Below are positions 9,256 to 17,986 of a stretch of DNA of 30,815 nt, piece after piece. The notes under the pieces were generated by a model, which saw only the letters and a list, made by a program, of their open reading frames with translations, was not told the origin of the DNA and did not search any database. This stretch comes from Promethearchaeia archaeon (GTDB taxonomy: Archaea > Asgardarchaeota > Lokiarchaeia > Sigyniarchaeales > SOKP01), in NCBI GenBank assembly GCA_029856155.1, contig JAHQWL010000061.1, positions 1-30,815 on the forward strand, read 5' to 3'. The translations under genes and the position numbers were made by a program. How positions within the stretch are numbered: position 1 is the stretch's first letter; each line of letters starts with the position of its first letter.

Positions 9256-9588
9256 ATGGGAAAAGAAAAGGAAAAGGATAAGGACAAAAAAGATAAAGAC
9301 AAAAAGGATAAAGATAAAAAGGACAAGGATAAAGATAAGGATAAAGACAAGGATAAAAAAGATAAAATATCTGTTGACCAGGAATGGAAATTATCTATAA
9401 GTAAGGATCTTGATTCTCTAACGCATGCCTACGATAAAATTACTAATAAATTTAGAGATATTGATAATTATATATTAAAGGAGGCTATATCAAAAGAAGA
9501 TTTCATGGAAAAAGTACTTAAATACGTAGAAGATTTACCTGATGTGTCCAAACAAATATTTATAGCGTTCTTAGATTCAATAAAATAA
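9256..9588 (+). CDS. Small protein with an N-terminal Lys/Asp mixed-charge repeat and a helical C-terminal domain
   Basis: MGKEKEKDKDKKDKDKKDKDKKDKDKDKDKDKDKKDK followed by ~70 aa of amphipathic helices; T-run immediately downstream. Confidence 0.75.
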   Translation: MGKEKEKDKDKKDKDKKDKDKKDKDKDKDKDKDKKDKISVDQEWKLSISKDLDSLTHAYDKITNKFRDIDNYILKEAISKEDFMEKVLKYVEDLPDVSKQIFIAFLDSIK

Positions 9589-9613
9589 TTTTTTTTTTAA
9601 CTTTTTTTTATTT
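9588..9613 (+). terminator. Poly-T terminator candidate
   Basis: Two long T-runs directly after the TAA at 9588. Confidence 0.45.
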
Positions 9614-9707
9614 AAACAATCTTCCGAAAGATGAGTAGAATTATTTTTCTATATTCAATACATATTAAAGCTTAAATAAAACGTTGCCCCTTTAATTATA
9701 TAGAAAA

Positions 9708-10133
9708 ATGAGTCCAACAATAGAATTAAATGATGTTGTTAAAAAGAAGTTAGACGAATTTAAAGAAAAGTGTGGAGCAGAAACATATTCTGATGCGATT
9801 AATATCAATCTAATACAACTAAAATTACTTGAGGATAATCAAAGAATATTATCTGAAATTCGAGATACTTTGAAGAATTTAACTCTTATACCTCAACAAG
9901 ATACCCAAATGATTGATGCTCTGAGAAATTATGTAAATTCTGAGGATAAGGGAGATATATTGGGAATGTTTGTCAGACTTGTGGATTCAAAAGCCAATTT
10001 ACACAAACTTTTGGTATCACAAGGCAAAATTAGGGAAGCTGAAAACGTTCATTCCGAATGGAAAGCATTAGTCGAAGTTGCGAATTTACTTGGGATCGAA
10101 TCTGAACTTGAAATGATAAAAAAAGAAGAATAG
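9708..10133 (+). CDS. Hypothetical protein with an N-terminal ribbon-helix-helix (archaeal antitoxin/VapB-like) domain and a helical C-terminus
   Basis: TIELNDVVKKKLDEFKEKCGAETYSDAI matches the TIxL...KxxLxxLK...TYSDxI pattern of small archaeal RHH proteins. Confidence 0.6.
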   Translation: MSPTIELNDVVKKKLDEFKEKCGAETYSDAININLIQLKLLEDNQRILSEIRDTLKNLTLIPQQDTQMIDALRNYVNSEDKGDILGMFVRLVDSKANLHKLLVSQGKIREAENVHSEWKALVEVANLLGIESELEMIKKEE

Positions 10134-10367
10134 CTCTTTTCTTAAATTCAAGAATTTAAAATTTAGGTTTAGAGATTTCTTTCCTTAAACGATGAACTCT
10201 AATGCTCAGTAGCACTATGAATTTTAAGTTTAAAGAAAGAATGTAAATCCATGAGATAGTTGTTTCTAGATTAGATAATTCCTGTATTTTAAAGCAAAAA
10301 TCCTTTATTAATAAAAGTATTTTCCAATTTAACGAAAAATATTATAAAAGAAAATTAGTGGTCTCTG

Positions 10368-10658
10368 ATAACGAAGCCGATTGTACATGTTTTATTAAAA
10401 ACTGAGGAAGATACATATTGTGCTAAGTGTTGTAAAACGAGAAACATTATTGAGCGAATTTTTACAGATATACCAGAATTTAAACAAAAAATTGATATAA
10501 GTTTTGAAGATATTGACTCTGCTGATACTATAAAAAAATATGGGATGGTAGTTCCCCCAGCAATTATCATTGAAGAACGTATTTTATTTGAAGGTCATGT
10601 TCCGATTATGAAAAAATTAGCTCGAGATTTATTTGAATTGATTGAGCCAACTAAATAA
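10368..10658 (+). CDS. Small thioredoxin-fold redox protein (MTH895/Thioredoxin_3-like)
   Basis: Missed by the ORF track. Frame after TAG 10356: LITKPIVHVLLKTEEDTYCAKCCKTRNIIERI...IKKYGMVVPPAIIIEERILFEGHVP...EPTK*. CxxC plus YGxxxxPAIII..EGxVP is the family signature. Start is ATA 10368 or CTG 10365; no canonical start precedes the CxxC. Confidence 0.8.
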   Translation: MTKPIVHVLLKTEEDTYCAKCCKTRNIIERIFTDIPEFKQKIDISFEDIDSADTIKKYGMVVPPAIIIEERILFEGHVPIMKKLARDLFELIEPTK

Positions 10659-10746
10659 TCTTAATACTTTTACCTAAAAAAGTAAGTTAAAATAATAAAG
10701 GATCTAAAAAATAATATATAATCACCTAAATTGATTGATTATACTT

Positions 10747-11244
10747 TTACATTTTTATTTCACTTAAAATATTATCAAGATAATAGATATTTTCTTGTTC
10801 AACTTCTTCCAATAAAGCATTCGCTAATGAATATTTAAAGGCCCATACTTCCACGTTTCTTTCCAGTTCTTTTAATTTCTTAATAACTGGAACAAAATCA
10901 CCATCTCCTGATACCAACACCGCTGTATCATATGCATCCTCGTAAGCATATGAGATGATATCGATTGCTATTTTAATGTCAATCTTCTTTTCAATAGCAC
11001 CACTTGATGCAATCTTATTAAAGCTTGCTTTAATCACGTAACCACTTCGATTACTTAACTCCTCATACCACTTCTTCTTCTCTGGATTCATAGGATATAC
11101 GACACCTTCATATAAGAAAATATTCTTTAAATCTCGACCACGAGCTATGAAATTTTTTAGTGCTTCATAATCTACCTTGATGTTGTATTTCCTAAATCCC
11201 TTGAAAATATTACTATTATCTACAAAAACTATAATTCGTTCCAA
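10747..11244 (-). CDS. NYN domain (LabA/DUF88, PIN-fold) ribonuclease
   Basis: VFVDNSN, EKKIDIKIAID and LVSGDGDFVP acidic catalytic motifs. Confidence 0.9.
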   Translation of the reverse strand: MERIIVFVDNSNIFKGFRKYNIKVDYEALKNFIARGRDLKNIFLYEGVVYPMNPEKKKWYEELSNRSGYVIKASFNKIASSGAIEKKIDIKIAIDIISYAYEDAYDTAVLVSGDGDFVPVIKKLKELERNVEVWAFKYSLANALLEEVEQENIYYLDNILSEIKM

Positions 11245-11362
11245 TTCTAAACTCTTTTTGCTCTTACGAAACTAAATTACATATCTATTATTAAAAAAAG
11301 TTCTTTGAAGTAATAATCTTAATTATTACAATATTAAAAAAAAAAAATAAAGTTTGTATAAT

Positions 11363-12070
11363 TTATTGACTCTTAGAGGAATTTTTACTTACAGAAATAG
11401 GTTTCTCAAACATAAGGTTATATATCATATTTGCCCTTCGCTTGATTTGTTCTCTTTTAAGAATCTTAGCTCTATTAGAATTCTGGTATCTCTTCAAAGC
11501 AATTTTCTGCCATTTTTTCTTCCAAGAAGGAAAGCCTGTTTTAACAAAACGTTCACGATTTGGAAAATCTCGACATACCCAATTGAATAAGATAAAATAC
11601 CTTTCTATACCAGATTCTTTTGTAAGATTATGAGATTTAACTCCGAGTCTTCTAAGGTGTTGAATAAATCTACCTTCCACGGCATCTTGGAGCTCCCCTT
11701 CGATAATTGCAGGTTCATAGTAAATATCATTCTCATTAAAATACTCTCTAACAAGATCGAAACAATTACCCCTACATAGAAGAATTCTATCTCCCTTACC
11801 GTGGTTAAGCTCTCTAAGAGCTTTGATTACAATCTTTACTATATGTTTATTAGGGCGATCATCATCCTTATTGTCTTCATTATAGAGACCAACGGGGACT
11901 GATTTAAATATAATCTTTCCGTTTTCTACATCTCGAAAACCAATGAAAGCATTTCCGACAAGATCTCCTGTCCCAGCGTCATCAATTTCTATTGTTCTTC
12001 CCTTCCACTCGCTAGGATTATTAGTGGATTGGCACGACTCATTGTCGTTTTTGTCTTTTTTTGTCTTCAT
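11363..12070 (-). CDS. Uncharacterised protein with an RNase HII-like N-terminal motif
   Basis: IEIDDAGTGDLVG resembles the RNase HII GIDEAGRGxxxG motif; basic C-terminal helix. Confidence 0.6.
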   Translation of the reverse strand: MKTKKDKNDNESCQSTNNPSEWKGRTIEIDDAGTGDLVGNAFIGFRDVENGKIIFKSVPVGLYNEDNKDDDRPNKHIVKIVIKALRELNHGKGDRILLCRGNCFDLVREYFNENDIYYEPAIIEGELQDAVEGRFIQHLRRLGVKSHNLTKESGIERYFILFNWVCRDFPNRERFVKTGFPSWKKKWQKIALKRYQNSNRAKILKREQIKRRANMIYNLMFEKPISVSKNSSKSQ

Positions 12071-12187
12071 TAATTATTCAAATGTTTGGGGTCATAAATA
12101 ACTTGGGATTTCATTTTTTAGATAATTTTGTTTACCTATAGATTAGTACAAGTACTAGCCATACCCCTGAACATCAACAAAATAAAA

Positions 12188-12343
12188 TCAAACATTATCA
12201 AAAATCCATTTCAATTTACATTGACGAGAACAAAAAAATCGTTTTATTGGTTTTTGACATATATTAATATGATGATATTGTTTATTCCACTTAGTACCTA
12301 CGATCTCTTTACCACAGAATTCGCAATTAGGCATTAGTGCCAT
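12188..12343 (-). CDS. 51-aa TRASH/zf-FCS (eL24-like treble-clef) zinc-finger microprotein
   Basis: Below the ORF-track cutoff. MALMPNCEFCGKEIVGTKWNKQYHHINICQKPIKRFFCSRQCKLKWIFDNV*, with CxxC...FCSxxC. Alternative ATG at 12334. Confidence 0.75.
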   Translation of the reverse strand: MALMPNCEFCGKEIVGTKWNKQYHHINICQKPIKRFFCSRQCKLKWIFDNV

Positions 12344-12930
12344 TCTCTTTTTATTTAGCCAACTTAAATTCCTCTCTCTTATCCGATGCTACGTTTAATT
12401 ATTCTATAGAAACATAAAATAATGATCTCAAATAGAAAGAGTTTGTTAATGATAATGTTAGAAACCTTTTATAGATAAGGCTAAAAACTGAAAGAAATTT
12501 TCTCACTCCTATTGAAAATTTTTAATTTAATATAATGATTCAGTCAGAACTATGAAAAGATGGGGATTAGAAAATAAAATTCGCTTTTTATATCATTAGA
12601 AAAAATTCAAGATAAAGTGCGCTCTTACCAAAACTTGCTTTATTCACACAACTAATTTTATTAATGAACCAATTAAACTGCCTCTCTTTCTTTAAACTAA
12701 TGACACGCATGACAGCTTCATATAAAAATATAACCTTTAATTCACAGCTACGGATTATAACGGCTTTCAACTTTTCTCATTTTCTTTCGGGGTTATACTT
12801 CTGATACGCTTTGAAAATAAATGGAGCAAGACCTTTGAATTATTAATAATAAATTTAATAGTGATAATCTCATAAAAAATCTATGACCAATTATTTATAG
12901 AAAAGAAATTTTTAGGATTAAGAAAAAATC

Positions 12931-14448
12931 ATGATAATTGAAGAAATTAATAAAATTCCTAATTCTTTCATAATGAGAGATGATTTCGAATTTAAGTATT
13001 ATGTATCTGGTACTTGGAAAAAGTCGTCTTCTGGAAAAACAATAGTTATTAAAAACCCTTATAATGATGAGATAGTAGGAGCTGTGCAAGCATGTACTAC
13101 TGAGGAAGTTAATCAGGTTATAAATGCTGCAAAAGAAAGTTTAGAATGTTGGGGAGAAAAGACTCAAAGAGAACGAGCAGATATATTAAGAAAAGCAGCT
13201 ACTTTAATGAGGGAATGGGCTAATCCTTTAGGGTATATAATGATGAAAGAAATTGGTAAACCCCTAAAAAGTGCAATATCGGAAATAAACCGAACTGCCG
13301 AGTTATTTGAAGCCACAAGTGAAGCGGGATTGCAGCAAGAAGGAGAAGCTATTTTTGGAGATGCATTTAAAGGTTTTGGTAAAGATAAGATGTCAATGAC
13401 ATATAGAGTTCCTTTAGGTGTGATCCTATGTATTGGTCCCTTTAATTATCCGTTTAATCTTACGGGATCTAAAATCGCTCCCGCGCTAATGGCAGGAAAT
13501 ACAGTTGTAGTTAAACCTCCTTCCCAAGGAGCTATCAGTCCTTTATTCTTCGGATTAATTTTAGAAAAAGCGGGAGTTCCTCCAGGAGTCTTGAATATAA
13601 TCACCGGAAAGGGATCTGAAATTGGTGATTATTTAGTACAACACCCCTTAGTTAGTATGGTAAGCTTCACTGGATCTTCAGAAACGGGAAAACAAATTGC
13701 AAGTGTTGCCGGAATGAAGCCATTATTGCTAGAATTAGGGGGAAAAGATGCTGCGATCGTATTAGATGATGCTAATCTAGAATTAACTGCTGATGCAATC
13801 GTCTCAGGAGCTTTCTCATATAGTGGTCAAAGATGTACCGCTGTAAAAAGAGTTCTTCCAATGCCTGGAATTGCTGATCAATTAATAGAATTAGTGAAAA
13901 CAAAAGTATTGAATTTAACTATAGGAAATCCCGAAGAAAATGCTACTATCGGACCTCTTATAAGTTCAAAACAATGTGATTATGTTCAAGGTCTGATAGA
14001 TGATGCTTTAGAAAAAGGAACTACTTTAATATGTGGAAATAAAAGAGAAAAAAACATTATGTGGCCAACCTTGTTGGATAATGTTACTACTGAAATGAGA
14101 ATAGCTTGGGAAGAACCCTTTGGCCCTGTATTACCATTTATACGAGTTCGTAGCGCTGAAGAAGCCATAGCTATATCAAATAAATCAGAATATGGCCTAC
14201 AGGGTATGATTTTCACAGAAAATATTGACTTAGCATTTAACATTGCACAAGAATTAGAAGTGGGGACTGTTCAAATAAATGGAAAAAGCGAAAGAGGTCC
14301 GGATCATTTTCCCTTTTTAGGGACTAAATCATCAGGCTTGGGAACACAAGGAATAAAATATTCAATTGAAGCAATGACTAGACCAAAAGTCATTGTTATG
14401 AATTTATCTGAGAAAGGAAAATTGGTAAAAGAATGCAAATATGATTAG
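12931..14448 (+). CDS. gapN: Non-phosphorylating NADP-dependent glyceraldehyde-3-phosphate dehydrogenase (ALDH family)
   Basis: PLGVILCIGPFNYPFNL, KPPSQG, FTGS, LELGGKDA, catalytic SGQRCTAVKRV, EEPFGP, ERGPDHFPFLG and GTQGIKYSIEAMTRPK motifs. Confidence 0.85.
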   Translation: MIIEEINKIPNSFIMRDDFEFKYYVSGTWKKSSSGKTIVIKNPYNDEIVGAVQACTTEEVNQVINAAKESLECWGEKTQRERADILRKAATLMREWANPLGYIMMKEIGKPLKSAISEINRTAELFEATSEAGLQQEGEAIFGDAFKGFGKDKMSMTYRVPLGVILCIGPFNYPFNLTGSKIAPALMAGNTVVVKPPSQGAISPLFFGLILEKAGVPPGVLNIITGKGSEIGDYLVQHPLVSMVSFTGSSETGKQIASVAGMKPLLLELGGKDAAIVLDDANLELTADAIVSGAFSYSGQRCTAVKRVLPMPGIADQLIELVKTKVLNLTIGNPEENATIGPLISSKQCDYVQGLIDDALEKGTTLICGNKREKNIMWPTLLDNVTTEMRIAWEEPFGPVLPFIRVRSAEEAIAISNKSEYGLQGMIFTENIDLAFNIAQELEVGTVQINGKSERGPDHFPFLGTKSSGLGTQGIKYSIEAMTRPKVIVMNLSEKGKLVKECKYD

Positions 14449-14570
14449 TTCTATTAAAAATTATAAAATCTCTTTAAAATAGATTTTAACATAGTAAAAA
14501 ATATTTTTATTCACTAAAACGAAGGATTAACTCAAAGTATCTTTAATTAACTTGAAATCTCTCTGTCAGA

Positions 14571-15422
14571 TCAGTTGTTTGTCCTTTTACTTAATTTTCG
14601 TTCAATATTCATAGTGTCTAGGTCAACCACTACACAATTTAAAAAATTTTCGTGCTGGTGAGATTGCCCTGGTTGAATACATATCGTTTTACCTATTTGA
14701 GAATGCCATTTACCTGAAATATCGGGAGACTCGTGAATATGACCATGAAGTGAGAGTCTTGGTTGATTTTCTTTAAAAAAAATATATTCTGCTTTCGAAC
14801 CTACCTTTCGATCGTCATGAGTTACATCAAGATCGATATTAGCCGGGGGATTATGGAAAATGTAGATTGAATTATCCATATCGGAAGGATTTACGAGATT
14901 TCTAAGCTCATCTTCAATTGTGGGGAGTGTATCCACATACGAGGCCCAATCTTCAATTTTTTTGAATCCATTTGGAGTGGAGAGATATTGCCTGCCAATT
15001 TGTTTTGGAAGCTCAAAATCTTTGGTATCTTTCCGTGCCCTATCTTTTAGACCAAACGGGAGGTCTGAAACCCAGTTCATTCCTATAAATTCATATTTGC
15101 TTTCTTCAATCTGGAATTTGGTTTGAGCAATATTAACTACATAAGAATATTTTTCGCATGTTTTTTGAAATAAATCATCAAATATTCCCAAATCGTCATT
15201 TCCTAATAAACCTAAATAATATATCCCCATTGATTCAAATCTCGAAAAATACTCATCAAGAAATCCAGTTATAAATCTATCTTGATGCAATAAATTCCCT
15301 CTAAATATAAGCATATCTCCTCCATTTATCACGGCATCAACTTTTAATGAACTTGCCATTTCGAAGATTTTATTATGTTTCCATTCAATTCCGTGGATAT
15401 CAGTAACATATAATAATTTCAT
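14571..15422 (-). CDS. Calcineurin-like metallophosphoesterase (Icc-related)
   Basis: TDIHG, GGD, GNDD, FHNPP and HGHIHE motifs. Confidence 0.9.
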   Translation of the reverse strand: MKLLYVTDIHGIEWKHNKIFEMASSLKVDAVINGGDMLIFRGNLLHQDRFITGFLDEYFSRFESMGIYYLGLLGNDDLGIFDDLFQKTCEKYSYVVNIAQTKFQIEESKYEFIGMNWVSDLPFGLKDRARKDTKDFELPKQIGRQYLSTPNGFKKIEDWASYVDTLPTIEDELRNLVNPSDMDNSIYIFHNPPANIDLDVTHDDRKVGSKAEYIFFKENQPRLSLHGHIHESPDISGKWHSQIGKTICIQPGQSHQHENFLNCVVVDLDTMNIERKLSKRTNN

Positions 15423-15535
15423 AATTCTTTCTTTGGTGAGTATTTACAATTAAAACTTATAATCAATTTTTAATTTTAGGATTTATAAAAATCGATTAGA
15501 TATTTTTTCTCAAAAAATACGAGTTAATATAACAA

Positions 15536-16747
15536 ATGTCCTTACAATCTCAAAACTATGATATCATCATAATTGGAGCTGGTCCTGGAGGTTCTACTGC
15601 GGCTTATTTATTAGCGAGAAATAACTTTAAAGTTTTATTAGTTGATAAAGAATTTTTTCCTCGATACAAACTTTGTGGTGGCTTACTATCCTTGAAAACA
15701 CTTCAATTAATAAAAAAAATTTATAATGAAAGCCCTGAAGATTTGATTAAAAATAAGATTATTGACTATTATACACCATTTTATGAAATTACATATAAAA
15801 ATAAAAGAGTAATATCAAAAAATAAAGGAACTCTTAACCTTTTTCTCGTCGATAGAACTATTTATGATAATTATCTTTTAAGTAAAGCTAAAAATCTAGG
15901 AGTTGAGGTGCTGGAGGGCATAAAGATTGAAAAGATTGACATAGACAACTGTAAAATAGAGTTGCATCATGGAAAAGTGATCGAATCAAGACTTTTAATT
16001 GGAGCAGATGGAGCTAATAGTATTGTTAGAAGAGAATTTATCAGAAAAAAAATCATAAGAAATAAAGATTGGCAATTTAATCTTGGTACAGGCTTAGAAT
16101 GTTTTGTAAATCGACGAGATTTGAAAAAAGATCAATATGAAAAACTAATACTAACACTGGGATTTGCTAATTATGGATATAACTGGTTATTCCCAAATAA
16201 AGACAAAATCATTCTGGGGGTTGGGGCTCTTAATAGAAAAAATAAGGGTAAATTTGTGAGGGCACTTAAAAATTTCATCTCAAGTTTAAATATAAATACA
16301 GAAAAAATCTCTCCAATAATAGCGCACCCTGTCCCTTATGGAAACTTTTCAATTAAATGTGTTTATAAAAATAAAACAATTCTCATTGGAGACGCTGCTG
16401 GAATTGTAGATCCTTTATGGGGGGAAGGAATTTATTATGCCCAGAAAACAGCTGAATTCGCTGTTCTGACAATTATTAAGCATTTCGAAGATGAATCTGT
16501 TCCTTTAACTCATTATGAAACTCTGCTACGTAAATCGATTTATTCAGAATTTAAATCTACTTTAAAAAAAAGATGGCTATTATATAATAAGTTGAATGTA
16601 CTCTTAAAGTATTATCCTGTGCAAATATTTTTATTAATATACAGAAAAATATTGAGTTTTTTAATACATAGAAGCGGATCACTTAGAGAGTTATTGAAAA
16701 AGCAGCATTTATTGGTCAGCATAAGCCCAAATGACTACGCTTCCTAA
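15536..16747 (+). CDS. Geranylgeranyl reductase family flavoprotein
   Basis: GAGPGG, PRYKLCGG, DRxxYD, IGADG, YNWLFP and IGDAAGIVDPLWGEGIYYA motifs. Confidence 0.9.
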   Translation: MSLQSQNYDIIIIGAGPGGSTAAYLLARNNFKVLLVDKEFFPRYKLCGGLLSLKTLQLIKKIYNESPEDLIKNKIIDYYTPFYEITYKNKRVISKNKGTLNLFLVDRTIYDNYLLSKAKNLGVEVLEGIKIEKIDIDNCKIELHHGKVIESRLLIGADGANSIVRREFIRKKIIRNKDWQFNLGTGLECFVNRRDLKKDQYEKLILTLGFANYGYNWLFPNKDKIILGVGALNRKNKGKFVRALKNFISSLNINTEKISPIIAHPVPYGNFSIKCVYKNKTILIGDAAGIVDPLWGEGIYYAQKTAEFAVLTIIKHFEDESVPLTHYETLLRKSIYSEFKSTLKKRWLLYNKLNVLLKYYPVQIFLLIYRKILSFLIHRSGSLRELLKKQHLLVSISPNDYAS

Positions 16748-16755
16748 ATCCTAAT

Positions 16756-17010
16756 TTAAATCAACACATGAATAATATTCGAAATGATAGAAAAGCAATT
16801 AAACTCACAATTAAAATAACACAAGCTTTTACTTTTCCAATTCTTGATAATTCTTGAATAAAATAGAAAAGGAATATACAAACCATATATAACAAATGAT
16901 GTAATAGAACATAATAGAAAACCGAAAATATTTAATAGTGGAAGATTTTGAAAATATTTAATTCCTAAAACTGTTACTATTGGATCCATAATAAGTTGAA
17001 AAAGAATTTC
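16756..17010 (-). pseudogene. Frameshifted membrane-protein remnant, possibly DUF422/CruF-like
   Basis: ILFQLIMDPIVTVLG...YFQNLPLLNIFGF loosely matches DLxxDP...G...PLxNFxGW. A further hydrophobic segment (KVKACVILIVSLIAFLSFRILFMC) lies in another frame. Confidence 0.3.
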
Positions 17011-17124
17011 ATAAAAAGTCGAACTTTTTTATATTACTATTCATTATACTGATTTGTCAATGGAATGAAATTCCATTTCAATTAAGGCTTTTTACAGGCC
17101 TTTTATAATATAGAGGTGTGAAAA

Positions 17125-17931
17125 ATTTCTCCAAAAAAAATTAAGGGTAAACTAATGGGAAAAGTAATGGGTTTATTTATGCAAGGATTTTCTGATGAAG
17201 AAATAATGCAACAAACGGGGATTGATGAAGAAACTTTATCAATAATAAAGGAAAGACAAGGGAGAATGATGGACAGAGCACGAGAAATGAGTGCAATGTA
17301 TGGTGGCTCTCTCCCGCAACAATTTGCTACTCCTGGGGCTCCACCAGCAGCGATAGCACCAGAGATGACAACACCGGCAGTGACAACGCCAGGAATTCCA
17401 ATGCCCCCAAGCCCTGTAATGGTTAAAAAAAAAAGTAAAGTGCGTGTTTTTTTTAGAAAAAAGCAAGTTGTAATATTTCTCATAGGACTTGCTTTTGCCG
17501 CTGTAGCCGCTACGATAATGGGAATTCTTTGCATGCCATATACTGCTTTCTGGTGGTTAATAATTTTAGAAATGATAGGAGTTAATATTCTTTTCCAAAT
17601 TGTTCTTGGTATTGTTGCTTTTAGAGCAACATTTAGTTCTAGGACTTATAAGGCAGCAGCTTACGCTGATTATGATGGAGATGGTAAATATGACGAAGCT
17701 GCTTTCGCATCAAAGACTGTATCAGGTACTAGCGTTAAGCTAAGAGCATTAGCAATAACATTTTTGATCTTTTTAGGTCTTTCAGTATCAGTTATATTCC
17801 AATTTGGAATTAGTGTTCAAGGCATTTTTGAACAGACTGATATTTCTTTAGGTGGTGATGTAATTGCTGCATTCTTTGTTATTCATAGTTTAGGAGCATT
17901 AATTGGTGGATGGGGTTTAACTAGAGGATAG
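17125..17931 (+). CDS. Multi-pass membrane protein with a Pro-rich cytoplasmic linker and a DxDxDG loop
   Basis: About four TM helices; PGAPPAAIAPEMTTPAVTTPGIPMPPSP linker; DYDGDGKYDE between TM segments. The first ATG is 17155, but GAGGTG at 17113-17118 is positioned for an in-frame ATT at 17125 (xSPKKIKGKLMGK). Confidence 0.75.
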   Translation: MSPKKIKGKLMGKVMGLFMQGFSDEEIMQQTGIDEETLSIIKERQGRMMDRAREMSAMYGGSLPQQFATPGAPPAAIAPEMTTPAVTTPGIPMPPSPVMVKKKSKVRVFFRKKQVVIFLIGLAFAAVAATIMGILCMPYTAFWWLIILEMIGVNILFQIVLGIVAFRATFSSRTYKAAAYADYDGDGKYDEAAFASKTVSGTSVKLRALAITFLIFLGLSVSVIFQFGISVQGIFEQTDISLGGDVIAAFFVIHSLGALIGGWGLTRG

Positions 17932-17986
17932 AATTTTATATTTTTTCCTTTTTTTTTCTTGTTTTATTTTTATAAATGAAAATCTT

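Noticed and set aside
10355-10570. Minus-strand 71-aa ORF
   Set aside because: Shadow of the plus-strand thioredoxin-like gene.
9708-11244. RHH protein plus NYN as a toxin-antitoxin pair
   Set aside because: Opposite strands, separated by another gene, and the RHH protein is longer than a typical antitoxin.
12128-12337. Plus-strand 69-aa ORF
   Set aside because: Shadow of the minus-strand zinc-finger microprotein.
12188-12343. Ribosomal protein eL24
   Set aside because: Lacks the PGxG and basic C-terminal motifs and is not in a ribosomal-protein cluster.
12588-12840. Minus-strand frame with an in-frame TGA (..YNPERK*EKLKAVIIRSCELK..) as a possible selenoprotein
   Set aside because: No start upstream, no redox-motif context and no recognisable family; at most a degraded fragment.
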